A stretch of DNA of 53,366 nucleotides, taken from the IMG/VR virus record IMGVR_UViG_3300005611_000037, positions 1 to 53,366 of that record; one strand, written 5' to 3'. Source of the stretch: a virus (lineage: Duplodnaviria > Caudoviricetes). Below the pieces are notes generated by a model. It searched no databases. It saw nothing but the letters and a program-made list of their open reading frames with translations, and had not been told where the DNA came from. The position numbers and the translations under genes were made by a program. Positions 1-9,954 of this stretch are shown piece after piece (position 1 is the stretch's first letter; each line of letters begins with the position of its first letter).

Positions 1-68
1 CAACAACCTCTTTTTGAAGAGATGTCGATTAATTGTAATACGCCGATATAAAATTGTTTCTCGTCCAT
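1..68 (-). CDS. small phage protein, truncated at window edge (MDEKQFYIGVLQLIDISSKRG...)
   Basis: ATG at 68 just downstream of the 83..334 ORF, with an AG-rich upstream sequence; runs off the window start. Confidence 0.55.
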   Translation of the reverse strand, partial: MDEKQFYIGVLQLIDISSKRGC

Positions 69-82
69 ATTCTTTCTTCTAA

Positions 83-334
83 TTAGTTAGCTGCAATATA
101 AGCATCACCAACAGCTATAGCATCTGTATAAGATGACTTATCTCTGTCATCAGCTACCACTTCTTCATAAGCTAATACGATATTTAGATGGTCGACATTA
201 CGTTGTACCATATCGTTAATTTCGGATTGTTCCATTCCTGAAACATCCCAAGTACCAGCATTAACTTTATTAATTAAGCTAACAGAATCGTCTGCGGCAT
301 TTAGAATATCATCTACGTTTCTTTCAATTGACAT
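83..334 (-). CDS. hypothetical acidic protein downstream of tail fibre
   Basis: 83 aa ORF with GGAGG RBS, directly after the tail fibre stop. Confidence 0.7.
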   Translation of the reverse strand: MSIERNVDDILNAADDSVSLINKVNAGTWDVSGMEQSEINDMVQRNVDHLNIVLAYEEVVADDRDKSSYTDAIAVGDAYIAAN

Positions 335-335
335 T

Positions 336-2969
336 TTAGTTTCCTCCTTTTATGTCATTAATTTCTTGTTTCAAGCTTTCTACTTGACTGGATAGTTCTT
401 GTATGGCTTTAACTAAAACAGGAACAAGAGCTGCAGGAGCTGCTGTTAGCACCCCATCATCTCGTTCTTTAATTAAGCCTAAACCATTTTTAACTTCTGA
501 GTGATTGGCAAGAACCTCTTGAACCTCTTGAGCTATAAAGCCATGATAAGTATGGTCATCTTCACCATGTATTCTTTCTTCAGAATCTGCTTCGTGATAT
601 TTTTCTAGTTCTGGAGAGATGTCTTTTTTCTTTCTCCAGTCATAAGTTCTTACTCTTAAATCATTAACAAAAGATAGACCAGCTTCTGAATCATTTATGT
701 TTTCTTTTAATCTTTCATCAGATGAAGCAGCCCATGAAGTGTCTGAACCATTTAAATCTAGTTCGGCTATATTGGTGAATACACCAAGAGTAATTCTGTC
801 GTTAGCTGTACCACTTACATCTCGTCCTATAACAATTCTGTCATTTCCTCCTGTAGCTCCTGCATTCGAACCAACTCCTAAAATTACATTTCTAATTCCA
901 GTTGTTAAATCATCACCAGCAGCATAACCAAGACAAGTATTGCTGGTAGCTGTTGTTATAGCAGCACCTGCTGAACGACCTATACAAGTATTATTACTAC
1001 CTGTAGTAATTTCTGTTGCAGCAAGATATCCTAAAGCAGTATTATTAGAAGCTGTAGTGTTTGCATCTAAAGATAAAGAACCTATTGCAGTATTATTAGC
1101 ACCTGTAGTGTTTAGAGCTAAAGCTCCATTACCTATTGCAGTATTTTGCGAACTTGTAGTAATTTTTTCACCTGCTATATGTCCCATCAAGGTATTACCA
1201 CCACCAGTTGTTATGTCATTACCTGCATAATAACCAAGCATATGGTTTGATGTACCTGTTGTAATAGCACTACCTGCGTTTGCACCAAAAGCTGAGTTTG
1301 TTCCTGTGGTGTTGGCATATAAAGCAGCATATCCGACTGCTGTAATATTTATAGCTGTGTTGTTATATAGGCATTGTGAGCCTACTGCTGTAGTATTGCC
1401 TCCTTGAACCCCAGCACCACAAGCTTCATAACCAACTGCTGTAATATTATTTTGGGTTGTAGTGTTGTCACAAGCTCCTTGACCAATAGCTACGTTTTGA
1501 ATACCTGAGGTGTTTGCTGCTAAAGCAGACTGACCAATAGCTACATTATTGCTTCCTGTAGTATTAGCACTTAAAGCTACATATCCCATAGCCACATTAA
1601 GCTGTCCTGTAACGTTAGAAACCATAGAATTACTACCAACCGCAGTATTTTGCACACCTGTTGTAGTAGCACTTAAGGATAGATAACCAACACCAGTATT
1701 GTGGTCTGCTGTTGTAGCTGCATCTAAAGCTAAAGAACCTAGAGCTGTATTAGCACCACCTGTACTATTAACACCTAAAGCTGACCTACCGAAGGCTGTA
1801 TTATTATTTCCTGTTGTATTAGAATCTAAAGCTTCAGAACCAGCTGCGGTATTGTCGGTTCCTGTAGTGTTAGAGAAAAGTGCAGCATATCCTACAGCTA
1901 CGTTATCTGATGCTGTAGTGTTAGCACCTAATGAAGCTCGACCTATAGCTACGTTTTTACTACCAGTAGTATTGACATCTAAAGCTTCAGCACCAAAGGC
2001 ATCATTATTTACCCCTGTAGTGTTAGCAAATAAAGCATTTACTCCGACAGCAGTATTTAAAGTACCTGTAGTGTTAGATGTTAAAGCTGAATAACCAATC
2101 GCAGTATTATTAGATGCTGTAGTGTTGGCATCTAGAGCTGCACCTCCTACTGCAGTATTTGAAACTCCTGTAGTATTGGAGATAAGTGCATCAGAACCTA
2201 TTGCAGTATTATTAGAAGCTGTTGAGTTAGAAGCTAAAGCACTCCTACCTACTGCTGTATTGTCTGAACCAGTATTGGAAGCCAAAGAATTATAACCAAC
2301 TGCTGTATTGTCTATACCGTCAGTTAAGTCAGTTAAAGCATTACCCCCTAAAGCTGTATTTCTAGCTCCCGTAGTGACACTATCTAAAGCCGTATCCCCT
2401 AAAGCTACGTTATTTGTACCTGTTGGATAGTTACCATCTAGTTTGATAGATCCACCATCTATAGAAACGTTACCACTAACAGTAAGCCCTGTAAGTGTGC
2501 CGACTGAGGTTATGTTGGTTTGAGCTGCGTCTGTAACTTTAAGGTTGGCAAAAGCGTCAACAACAGCTGCTCCTGCTCCAGCTCCGTCTGTATATATGAC
2601 TTTAACATCACCATTTGGAATGGTTACGTTGGCTCCTGAACCTTGAGATATTGATATTGACTGAGAACCAGACGTTGCGTTTTCAATCATAAATATTTTA
2701 GAAACAGTATTAGGTGCTATTGTTAGTGTTCTGGTTGCAGTCAAAGATACGCCAGACGTTACTTTGACGTAAATACTTCTATATGGGTCGGTTGAGCCGT
2801 CTGCTATTGTTTCTGTTTGATCGGCATCTGAACCAAAAGTTGCAACAGTAGAATAGCTAAAAGCTTCGGCAATAAGCTCTAGGTTTGTGTTGGTACTGGT
2901 TCCCCAAGTTCCTGACTCATCACCAGTTGCTATTTCTTTTAATCTTAAATCATTTACATATGTGGCCAT
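336..2969 (-). CDS. tail fibre/spike with beta-helix repeats and C-terminal Peptidase S74 intramolecular chaperone
   Basis: Many 14-aa NTAxGxxALxxNTTG repeats; C-terminal SDERLKENI...GFIAQEV...LVKAIQEL coiled-coil motifs of S74. Confidence 0.9.
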   Translation of the reverse strand: MATYVNDLRLKEIATGDESGTWGTSTNTNLELIAEAFSYSTVATFGSDADQTETIADGSTDPYRSIYVKVTSGVSLTATRTLTIAPNTVSKIFMIENATSGSQSISISQGSGANVTIPNGDVKVIYTDGAGAGAAVVDAFANLKVTDAAQTNITSVGTLTGLTVSGNVSIDGGSIKLDGNYPTGTNNVALGDTALDSVTTGARNTALGGNALTDLTDGIDNTAVGYNSLASNTGSDNTAVGRSALASNSTASNNTAIGSDALISNTTGVSNTAVGGAALDANTTASNNTAIGYSALTSNTTGTLNTAVGVNALFANTTGVNNDAFGAEALDVNTTGSKNVAIGRASLGANTTASDNVAVGYAALFSNTTGTDNTAAGSEALDSNTTGNNNTAFGRSALGVNSTGGANTALGSLALDAATTADHNTGVGYLSLSATTTGVQNTAVGSNSMVSNVTGQLNVAMGYVALSANTTGSNNVAIGQSALAANTSGIQNVAIGQGACDNTTTQNNITAVGYEACGAGVQGGNTTAVGSQCLYNNTAINITAVGYAALYANTTGTNSAFGANAGSAITTGTSNHMLGYYAGNDITTGGGNTLMGHIAGEKITTSSQNTAIGNGALALNTTGANNTAIGSLSLDANTTASNNTALGYLAATEITTGSNNTCIGRSAGAAITTATSNTCLGYAAGDDLTTGIRNVILGVGSNAGATGGNDRIVIGRDVSGTANDRITLGVFTNIAELDLNGSDTSWAASSDERLKENINDSEAGLSFVNDLRVRTYDWRKKKDISPELEKYHEADSEERIHGEDDHTYHGFIAQEVQEVLANHSEVKNGLGLIKERDDGVLTAAPAALVPVLVKAIQELSSQVESLKQEINDIKGGN

Positions 2970-3023
2970 TTATTTTCCTCAAATCTATTTTTATATATTT
3001 TCTTGCGAGAGACCATTTCGCCA

Positions 3024-3917
3024 TTAAGCAACTTCCTCGTAGTCTGGAGTCTGGGTCTCATCGATTTCAGACCAACCAGGGGTTTGTGTTTCTGTAATTC
3101 CATTATAGTTTGGAGTTTGACTGGTATCAACTAATCCCCATATTAAAAACTTACCAACTATACCATTTGCTTGCTGTCCATCTGGGACAACATTTGCTTT
3201 GGCAATAACCGCTAAAGTACCAATACCAGAAGTTGCACTTACTCCAGATACAAATACAAAGTTAACAGTTTTTACTGTTGGGACATTTAAAGTAGCGGTA
3301 CCAGCCTGTTCAGTTACTGCAACATTTGCCTTACCAATAAAGGCAAGAGTTCCTAAAGCTAGAGTTGCTGATTGTTCAGTTACAGCTACTTTAGCTTCAG
3401 CATCTACAGTTACTGTACCAAGTGCGGCAGTTGCGCCTTGCTCTGTAACCGCTACGTTTGCTTTAGCAGCAACGTTTGGTGCATTTACAGATCCTGTAGC
3501 ACCTTGTTCGGTTACATCAATATTGGCTTCGGCATCAATTTGAACCGCTACTGCGCCAAGAGTAGCAACAGCGTTAGGTACATTTACATTTGCTTCGGCA
3601 TTTATGTCTAAGCTGCCTGGTGCAGCTGTAGCAGATTGTCCAGTAGGGACAACATTAGCTTTGGCAATAATGCCAACATTATTTACCGATCCTGTTGAGC
3701 TTTGTCCTGCGACTGGTGCATTAGCATCAGCAGTAACATCTGGATTATTGAGTGTTGAATTAGCAGACTGACCATTTGGGACAAAATTAGCCTCTGCAAT
3801 AATAGCAACAGTACCAACCGCTCCTGTAGCTGATTGGCCTGTTAATTCTACTGGGACTGGTTCGCCCCAAGGACCGTCACCCCAGGCTTGTCGACCCCAA
3901 CCTGTTATTGCGGCCAT
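3024..3917 (-). CDS. putative virion/tail structural protein with ~20-aa Ala/Val/Thr repeats
   Basis: Repeats such as AxAxVxVTEQxATxxLG; N-terminal GWGRQAWGDGPWG; position in tail module. Confidence 0.65.
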   Translation of the reverse strand: MAAITGWGRQAWGDGPWGEPVPVELTGQSATGAVGTVAIIAEANFVPNGQSANSTLNNPDVTADANAPVAGQSSTGSVNNVGIIAKANVVPTGQSATAAPGSLDINAEANVNVPNAVATLGAVAVQIDAEANIDVTEQGATGSVNAPNVAAKANVAVTEQGATAALGTVTVDAEAKVAVTEQSATLALGTLAFIGKANVAVTEQAGTATLNVPTVKTVNFVFVSGVSATSGIGTLAVIAKANVVPDGQQANGIVGKFLIWGLVDTSQTPNYNGITETQTPGWSEIDETQTPDYEEVA

Positions 3918-3926
3918 TCAAGTCTC

Positions 3927-4364
3927 CTAGGCGATAGTTATGATAGCGTTGGCACCTGCTGTTGGGAATACTATTGTAAAGTCTCCAGCGGTAGATGTTT
4001 TCGATCCACCAAAGCTGATTGTTGCTACTGATTTATCTGCATCAGTATCGTTATAAATAAGACAACCACTTGCTGTAATAGTTGCGGTTGAAAATGTTAA
4101 ATCAACAAAGTCAACAAATGCTGTTGTACCTGTTGCTCCAGGCGCTGCAATAGCTGGTACTAAAGTACCGCCACCTGCTGTATAGCCTGTACCTACTACT
4201 TGTCCTGCAAGACCTGTAGAGTAAGCCGTTGTTGTTGCGTCTAGAGAGGCGGTTGCACCTGCATATAGGGCCAATTTAAAAGAATCGCCACCTGAAGCAA
4301 AATTATGCACGCCTTGCAATAGTTCTTTTTTAAAACTTGTTGTTAATGCGGATGAAATCGCCAT
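3927..4364 (-). CDS. putative tail structural protein
   Basis: 145 aa beta-rich ORF (FKLALY, GYTAGG, GDFTIVFP) typical of tail-module proteins. Confidence 0.6.
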   Translation of the reverse strand: MAISSALTTSFKKELLQGVHNFASGGDSFKLALYAGATASLDATTTAYSTGLAGQVVGTGYTAGGGTLVPAIAAPGATGTTAFVDFVDLTFSTATITASGCLIYNDTDADKSVATISFGGSKTSTAGDFTIVFPTAGANAIITIA

Positions 4365-4652
4365 TTATAGTCTCCTAATTATATTTGCTAGTTCTTCTTC
4401 ACCACCTTTCATTAATTGTTGAATGATTGTGGTTTTATATGATTTTATAGCATTATTAATGTAAATCAAAGCGACTTGGTAAATTAAATCACGATAGGCT
4501 TCGGCTTGTTCTCTTATGTGTGGCTCCTGTTCTTCTGAAACAGATACAATTTTTTTAACCATTTGATCAGCCCAAAACTCTGGTGGGTGTCCACCAAAAT
4601 TTGTTGTAGCTACTTCAACAACGCCTAATTTCGGTAATCCTTCTTGTTTCAA
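4365..4652 (-). CDS. hypothetical protein
   Basis: ORF coupled to both neighbours. Confidence 0.6.
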   Translation of the reverse strand: MKQEGLPKLGVVEVATTNFGGHPPEFWADQMVKKIVSVSEEQEPHIREQAEAYRDLIYQVALIYINNAIKSYKTTIIQQLMKGGEEELANIIRRL

Positions 4653-5389
4653 TATTTTTTGGGTTCAACAGGACCTTTTAAATGTGAATCGTATCGATCA
4701 AGATAACCGGTCTGTTTTTGGGTTTCAGCTAGATATTTAACGTCACTTACTTTTCTAGTAACTAAGTTTCCTTTACTATCATGCCCTACTACTAATGGAT
4801 CGTCTAAACGATGATAACCATATAGCTTATCTTCCGATGGTATATCGGCATCTAATAGACTAGATCTTTGTGCAACGTCCACTTGAATACCAGCTTCAAT
4901 GCATTTACACAACCAAAACTCAACGCAACCACGTCCAGCTTCAGCAAAGCCTACATTTGATTTATAAGTAAAATCAACTCCAAACAATGATACTTTTTTT
5001 ACTTTATTCCAATAAGCAAAAGCAACTGCATAAGCCACAGTATTATTTAGATAGTATGATTTAGTATCTTTTAAAACTTCGTTGATCGGATATTCAACCA
5101 AACCTGGACATCTATCATCTAACTCACAAGTATAGATTGGACCTTGATGTTCTTTTAAAACTTTTCTCAAAGTATTGGTTTGACCACCAGCATCTTCAGA
5201 ATCTAAAAATCTAGATGCAGGATCCATCATGAATACACGATCGTGGAATATTACATTACATACTGAGTTGATTGCCCAAACTTCATCAAATTCAACTCCA
5301 TGGGTTTTTGCGATATTAAAGTCTTGCCAACTATTGCCTAAACCAACAATAGCAACCGACTTATTTAAAAGCTCTTTTAAAGGTTTCAC
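4649..5389 (-). CDS. putative nucleotide-sugar-utilising enzyme (MptE/MAF/sialyltransferase-like fold)
   Basis: Rossmann-like AIVGLGNS, VWAINS, NTVAYAVAFA and LFGVDF motifs. Confidence 0.5.
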   Translation of the reverse strand: MKPLKELLNKSVAIVGLGNSWQDFNIAKTHGVEFDEVWAINSVCNVIFHDRVFMMDPASRFLDSEDAGGQTNTLRKVLKEHQGPIYTCELDDRCPGLVEYPINEVLKDTKSYYLNNTVAYAVAFAYWNKVKKVSLFGVDFTYKSNVGFAEAGRGCVEFWLCKCIEAGIQVDVAQRSSLLDADIPSEDKLYGYHRLDDPLVVGHDSKGNLVTRKVSDVKYLAETQKQTGYLDRYDSHLKGPVEPKKY

Positions 5390-5403
5390 TAATTCTCTCT
5401 CTT

Positions 5404-6078
5404 TTATTGTACTGGTCTTCTAAGCTCATCATAACGATATTCGTCTCTTCGACCTCTTGCTTCTGCTCTGTTTTTGAGTTTAGCAACTTCTTGATTATAT
5501 CTTCTTTCATAAACTTGTAAAAGATCTGGCTCACCTTTTAAGAAAGTGTAAGCATCAACCAGACAACCATATAGCAATGCGTCTCGTGCATTTTGCGATA
5601 ACCAAGTGCCAGTTGTGCTTGTTACTAAAGATGTAGGCTCGTACAAATAATGAAGCTCAACGTTGTAATCTGAGTCTGGAACAGGGGCTACAATAAAGGT
5701 TGAACCATTGTCTGAACCTGTGGATAAGTCCTTATCAAACTGTGCATAATATTTTGGCAACCCTCTTGCTGAACTATCTGTAGGGTCTGGATCGTATTCT
5801 TGCATAAACGATGGGTGTTTAAGATCTAAATAATGGTAATCGCCATTACCATCTATTACAGCTAAACTAAACGAAAGAACGTAATCTGATGGACAAGTTA
5901 AAAATCTACTGCCTGTTGTTAAATTACCTGTAACATTTTTTCTGTAGTAATCAAATTGTATTTCATTAAATAGTCTGTCTTCTGTATTTTTTATAATGTC
6001 ATCTAAAGTATTTACAAAAGTGGTTTCACTAGATTCTGTGTAATTTTGTATTAATGTTTTTAATTCGCTTAATGTCAT
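5404..6078 (-). CDS. head-tail adaptor / tail tubular-like protein
   Basis: G.PKYYA, VAPVPD.DYNVELHY and LLYGCL motifs typical of podoviral adaptor proteins. Confidence 0.7.
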   Translation of the reverse strand: MTLSELKTLIQNYTESSETTFVNTLDDIIKNTEDRLFNEIQFDYYRKNVTGNLTTGSRFLTCPSDYVLSFSLAVIDGNGDYHYLDLKHPSFMQEYDPDPTDSSARGLPKYYAQFDKDLSTGSDNGSTFIVAPVPDSDYNVELHYLYEPTSLVTSTTGTWLSQNARDALLYGCLVDAYTFLKGEPDLLQVYERRYNQEVAKLKNRAEARGRRDEYRYDELRRPVQ

Positions 6079-6386
6079 GATGTAGTTATGGTAACACTTC
6101 CCAAATTAGAAGTCGCTGATACAGGGTTAAAATTAATTCCTACAGGGTCTGTATTTGTAAAAACATGTACGTAATTTGTGTTTTCGTTATCATTGTCTGG
6201 TCTTGGCTCGTATAAGGCTTCTGGATCTATTACTGCTGGTACAGGTTCTAATTGTGGATGTTTAATTTCAAAACATTCTTTACAGACTTTTAAACCATTC
6301 CATTCTTTTTTTAATTCTAAAAGTTTGTAACGAAACCCACATCTATCGCAATGTGCTAATGCAAATTTACCTACTGCGTATGCCAT
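6075..6386 (-). CDS. zinc-ribbon protein
   Basis: CDRCG...CKEC...KHPQ. Confidence 0.65.
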   Translation of the reverse strand: MAYAVGKFALAHCDRCGFRYKLLELKKEWNGLKVCKECFEIKHPQLEPVPAVIDPEALYEPRPDNDNENTNYVHVFTNTDPVGINFNPVSATSNLGSVTITTS

Positions 6387-6388
6387 AT

Positions 6389-6934
6389 TTATGTCTCAAA
6401 AAACATGCCATTCACTCTGAGAAACTCTCGTTCCATTGTTGAATGTTCAAGTATATTTTCTTTTAGTTTATCAGAATGTTTTAAACCTTGCGCTTCTATT
6501 TTTTCTATCCAATAGCTAAGTGGTTGTGGGTTTGGGTGATAAACACCAGGAGTATTGTTGGCTGTTAGTATTAAATATTTATCGCAATTTTTTACCAAAG
6601 TTTCAACAAACTTATCAGCAAATTCCTCTGGTATATGTTCAGCTACCTCTACTGACCAAACTACATCAAATGGTTTGTGAAATATTACAGGGTTAACAGC
6701 TAAATCTATAAGCGCACAATTTGGCACTTTTTTTTCAAAAATAACATGATCGTCAACATCAATACCAAAAGCTCCCCAACCTAAGTCAAGAGCGTTTTTA
6801 ACTTGGTCGCCAGTTGAGCAACCAACATCAAGCATTGAACGACACCCTATCGAGTCTAAGTATTTTAATGAACCTACATCTTGATGAGTTATGTTGGCAT
6901 TACCGCCAGCATAGTTTGGACGTCTCCATGCCAT
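6389..6934 (-). CDS. class I SAM-dependent methyltransferase
   Basis: MLDVGCSTG motif I, FGID, FDVVWSVEVAEHI. Confidence 0.85.
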   Translation of the reverse strand: MAWRRPNYAGGNANITHQDVGSLKYLDSIGCRSMLDVGCSTGDQVKNALDLGWGAFGIDVDDHVIFEKKVPNCALIDLAVNPVIFHKPFDVVWSVEVAEHIPEEFADKFVETLVKNCDKYLILTANNTPGVYHPNPQPLSYWIEKIEAQGLKHSDKLKENILEHSTMEREFLRVNGMFFET

Positions 6935-7608
6935 TAATAGCCACCTCTAGAGTATGGGCTTATTTTTAATGAAGCTCTGTCTTCGTCTTGATCTGCTGCT
7001 CTTCTAAACTCTTCTTCGTATATTTGTTTTAAATTAGGAGATCTTTCAGGCGCTCTTTTCAATGATACGTAATAAGCTAGTCCAGCAACAAAACATGGAT
7101 AAAATCTAAATGGCATATCCAAAGTATTGGTAGCTGCATCAGCATCGTCCATTCTAACAATTTTGTTAAAGACTAAAATGTCTGTTGAGTTTTCTGGTGT
7201 TGGCCAAACTTTTAAAACAGGAGTAGTTAGCTTGTCTAAAAAAAACTGCGATGGTCTGGACTGTGTAGCTTTGGTAGGAATGTTTAAATATTCCGATCTG
7301 CTTATTCTTGACATTTGTAAATCTGTTGTAGTTCCACCTTCTGTTCTTCTTAAAGAGCAATCTAAAACATCAATAACATTTGAATTAAGCGTATAACTTG
7401 CTGTCCCTTGTGTAACTGTTTGTGTTGCTTGTTCTATAGTCCATTGGTTTAAACCTCTGTTGGCCCATTCAGCTAATAAAAAATTTATAGATCTCCTAGC
7501 TGTTTTTAGATCATATCCTGTTCTTAATTCTAAGCCACAACGCTCGAAAGCTTCTTCAATAAATTCTGCTACGTTGGGTTCAAAGTTTGTGCTTCCTGAT
7601 AATGCCAT
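6934..7608 (-). CDS. head-tail adaptor (P22 gp4-like) protein
   Basis: IEEAFERCG, WANRGLN.W, RPSQFF, VWPTP motifs; position after capsid genes. Confidence 0.7.
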   Translation of the reverse strand: MALSGSTNFEPNVAEFIEEAFERCGLELRTGYDLKTARRSINFLLAEWANRGLNQWTIEQATQTVTQGTASYTLNSNVIDVLDCSLRRTEGGTTTDLQMSRISRSEYLNIPTKATQSRPSQFFLDKLTTPVLKVWPTPENSTDILVFNKIVRMDDADAATNTLDMPFRFYPCFVAGLAYYVSLKRAPERSPNLKQIYEEEFRRAADQDEDRASLKISPYSRGGY

Positions 7609-7675
7609 AATTTATTTTACTTTTTTTCTGATGGTTTGTTTATCATTTTGACTTTAATTTTTTTTATGCTTTATT

Positions 7676-8014
7676 CTAACTTGGTTTTTCACACAGTTGT
7701 AGGCTTTCATATTCTCTTTGCCTTAAACCATCTATCTCTTTCTCATAAAGTTTTAGTTCAGTTTCCAAGACAAAGACTTGTCGTTCAAGTTCTACTGTTT
7801 TTTCTTCTAGTTCTCTAATATCAGGAAAGATGTAATTGTTTTGATTTCCTCTAATGTTGCGAGCTTCTCTGGCATTTTTTTCAATGCGTTCACTTATGTT
7901 GGCATAACCATAGACAGCAATGCTAATGGTCACAATGATTTGCACTAGATAACTTAGTGAAATGTTTAAAGATGTTTTGTCATCAACTTTGGCTACCATT
8001 TTTTGCAAGACCAA
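7676..8014 (-). CDS. hypothetical membrane-anchored coiled-coil protein
   Basis: N-terminal hydrophobic helix followed by coiled coil; start uncertain (7999 also possible). Confidence 0.55.
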   Translation of the reverse strand: MVLQKMVAKVDDKTSLNISLSYLVQIIVTISIAVYGYANISERIEKNAREARNIRGNQNNYIFPDIRELEEKTVELERQVFVLETELKLYEKEIDGLRQREYESLQLCEKPS

Positions 8015-8244
8015 TACCTAGCTGTTAATTTGCTTGGTGGGCTAGTGTCGCATCTATGCCTAGCACGAAATGACTTTCTTCTTTTCGGTTGATCTTTTTT
8101 GATGGTCATGTTGGGATCACCATAACGGATTAATCTTACTTTAGATCCTTGTTTTGCTAGAACAGCAAACTTTTTGTTTTTACCTGGTGTTCTTTTGGGT
8201 TTGTTGTACCCGCTAAATCTTTCACCTCTGTATGTAATAGCCAT
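7993..8244 (-). CDS. small basic phage protein
   Basis: KKFAVLA...LIRYGDPNM...RRKSFRARH.C...ARYWSC.KW; very K/R-rich. Confidence 0.75.
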   Translation of the reverse strand: MAITYRGERFSGYNKPKRTPGKNKKFAVLAKQGSKVRLIRYGDPNMTIKKDQPKRRKSFRARHRCDTSPPSKLTARYWSCKKW

Positions 8245-8246
8245 AA

Positions 8247-9050
8247 TTATTCTGGGTAAGGTCTGTTTTCTATATAGATTATATCAAAGCCTGCTGATAC
8301 TGCTAAATTAGCATTTGATGAGCTTGCTATAGCCCTGACTTCAAGATCTGTTTTTTCTTCGAATTTTAATGGATAGGTAAATTCTTGATTAATTGTTCCT
8401 TGTGATGAAACAAATTTATCCTGAACATTAAATACACCACCAAAAGGTCTAGCTAAAAATGAAACAGTACCAAATTTATTTGCTACTTCCGTATTCATTG
8501 TAATATCAACTTGATCTATATAAGCAGTATAACCTCTTGGTACGGTCCATAAAGCCATAAGTGTTTGATTGTCGCCAATAGCTACTGTTGCGTATTTATT
8601 GCTAGGCACACCAAGAGTAGGAGATGATTCTGTTCCTACATAAAGCACACCTGCGTTAGCTTCACCTGTACCAGCAGTATTAACTTTAATTCTATTAACT
8701 CTTATCCAATTGGAAGCGTCTCCTAACTGAACACCATTTTGTCCATCTAATTCAACTGTAACGTCAATCTCATCGTAATTAGCATCTAAGCCTGAAACAG
8801 TAGCAGTTCTTGCTCCTGTCCCTGCCGCATCATCGGCTGTAGATGAGCTAGATATGTATAAAGTAGATGCTGCCGATAAATATGTGTATAACCCACCTTG
8901 AGACCATATAGTTTCTAAAGAATCATCTACGTCTGGATTAAAGCCAAACTTGTAATTTTTTTTGTGAAAAGCAATTTGACCTCTTGAGACTTGAAGCTCA
9001 AAAGGTTCAGAAGTCCCAACTCTTGAGATTGATGAGACTTCTCTTGCCAT
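8247..9050 (-). CDS. putative virion structural protein
   Basis: 267 aa beta-rich ORF in the head module. Confidence 0.6.
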   Translation of the reverse strand: MAREVSSISRVGTSEPFELQVSRGQIAFHKKNYKFGFNPDVDDSLETIWSQGGLYTYLSAASTLYISSSSTADDAAGTGARTATVSGLDANYDEIDVTVELDGQNGVQLGDASNWIRVNRIKVNTAGTGEANAGVLYVGTESSPTLGVPSNKYATVAIGDNQTLMALWTVPRGYTAYIDQVDITMNTEVANKFGTVSFLARPFGGVFNVQDKFVSSQGTINQEFTYPLKFEEKTDLEVRAIASSSNANLAVSAGFDIIYIENRPYPE

Positions 9051-9053
9051 TTT

Positions 9054-9353
9054 TTATGAATGGAAAACAGTAACGCGATCTATGTTGGATAAAGTTACAT
9101 GAATACCATCTTCAAACAATACTCCTTGATCTGGAATATTAAGTGTTTCGGTATCATTGGCATTGCATGGCGCTATTAGTAAAGTATCTCCTGAAGCAGA
9201 ACCATTCCTAAAAGTAACAGTTCCATCGGAACCACCGCCCGCAATAATAAATCCTCTTAACCTAGATCTGCCGCCAAATAGACTAGCGCCACCTGTGGCA
9301 GCGCTGGTCGTTGTTGCTGTTTTTACATCTGAACCTATCATTCTAACAGACAT
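9054..9353 (-). CDS. putative small structural protein
   Basis: IPDQGVLFEDGIHVT motif; head module. Confidence 0.6.
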   Translation of the reverse strand: MSVRMIGSDVKTATTTSAATGGASLFGGRSRLRGFIIAGGGSDGTVTFRNGSASGDTLLIAPCNANDTETLNIPDQGVLFEDGIHVTLSNIDRVTVFHS

Positions 9354-9365
9354 ATATTATTCCAA

Positions 9366-9872
9366 TTATGCGTCAGCAAATGGAGTTACAAGAGTTCCTG
9401 AACCAAGAACTATACCTTCAACTGCATATTTATCATCTGCAATTGCAGTCACTTTAACTACGCTACCTGCTAATCCGCCTTGTGTTGTACCATTTAATGT
9501 AATGACGTCATTTGTTGCACCAGAGATAAATGTTTTACCTGTTGCATTGTTAACACCAATATATAAACCACCAACAAATTTATCTGTACCATCTGTTTTG
9601 ATGTCCAAATCTGTTGCTGCTGTTTCTATAACAAAATAGAAAGATGCTCCTAAATTGTTTAGTTGATTTGGATCTGTAGAATCGCTTGGGCTTGATGCGT
9701 TAATTGTTGGTAACGTAAACTTACCATCAGCATCATTACAGACCAATACTCTACCAGCATGATCATCAACTGTTAAACTTGTATCAGCCGTTAAACTAAC
9801 GACTGCACCGCTACCTGAAGAAATAAATCCATTTAAGGATTTAACAGGTCCTGAAAATGTAGATTTTGCCAT
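9366..9872 (-). CDS. putative capsid decoration/fibre protein
   Basis: N-terminal MAKSTFSGPVKS; strong GGAGG RBS. Confidence 0.6.
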   Translation of the reverse strand: MAKSTFSGPVKSLNGFISSGSGAVVSLTADTSLTVDDHAGRVLVCNDADGKFTLPTINASSPSDSTDPNQLNNLGASFYFVIETAATDLDIKTDGTDKFVGGLYIGVNNATGKTFISGATNDVITLNGTTQGGLAGSVVKVTAIADDKYAVEGIVLGSGTLVTPFADA

Positions 9873-9886
9873 TTTTTTGCCTCCTA

Positions 9887-9942
9887 TAACTATCGTCTTG
9901 GCTTGTCTGCTAGGTCAGTCGATAGCTAGATTAATTACCTAG
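9887..9942 (-). ncRNA. pseudoknotted structured RNA element, candidate Mu-gpT-DE-like motif
   Basis: Minus strand: TAGCTATCG/CGATAGTTA stem enclosing a CTG-ACCTAG-CAG hairpin whose loop is complementary to upstream CTAGGT; abuts the RBS of 9366..9872. Confidence 0.55.
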
Positions 9943-9954
9943 AACTTAAGTTTA

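Noticed and set aside
697-3611. Plus-strand ORFs opposite the tail fibre and tail genes
   Set aside because: Antisense shadows of repetitive Ala/Thr/Gly/Asn codons; no RBS
7654-7710. 18-aa ORF MKAYNCVKNQVRIKHKKN on the minus strand, possibly a frameshifted remnant at an A8 run
   Set aside because: Too short, overlaps the upstream gene, and cannot be distinguished from chance or a homopolymer error
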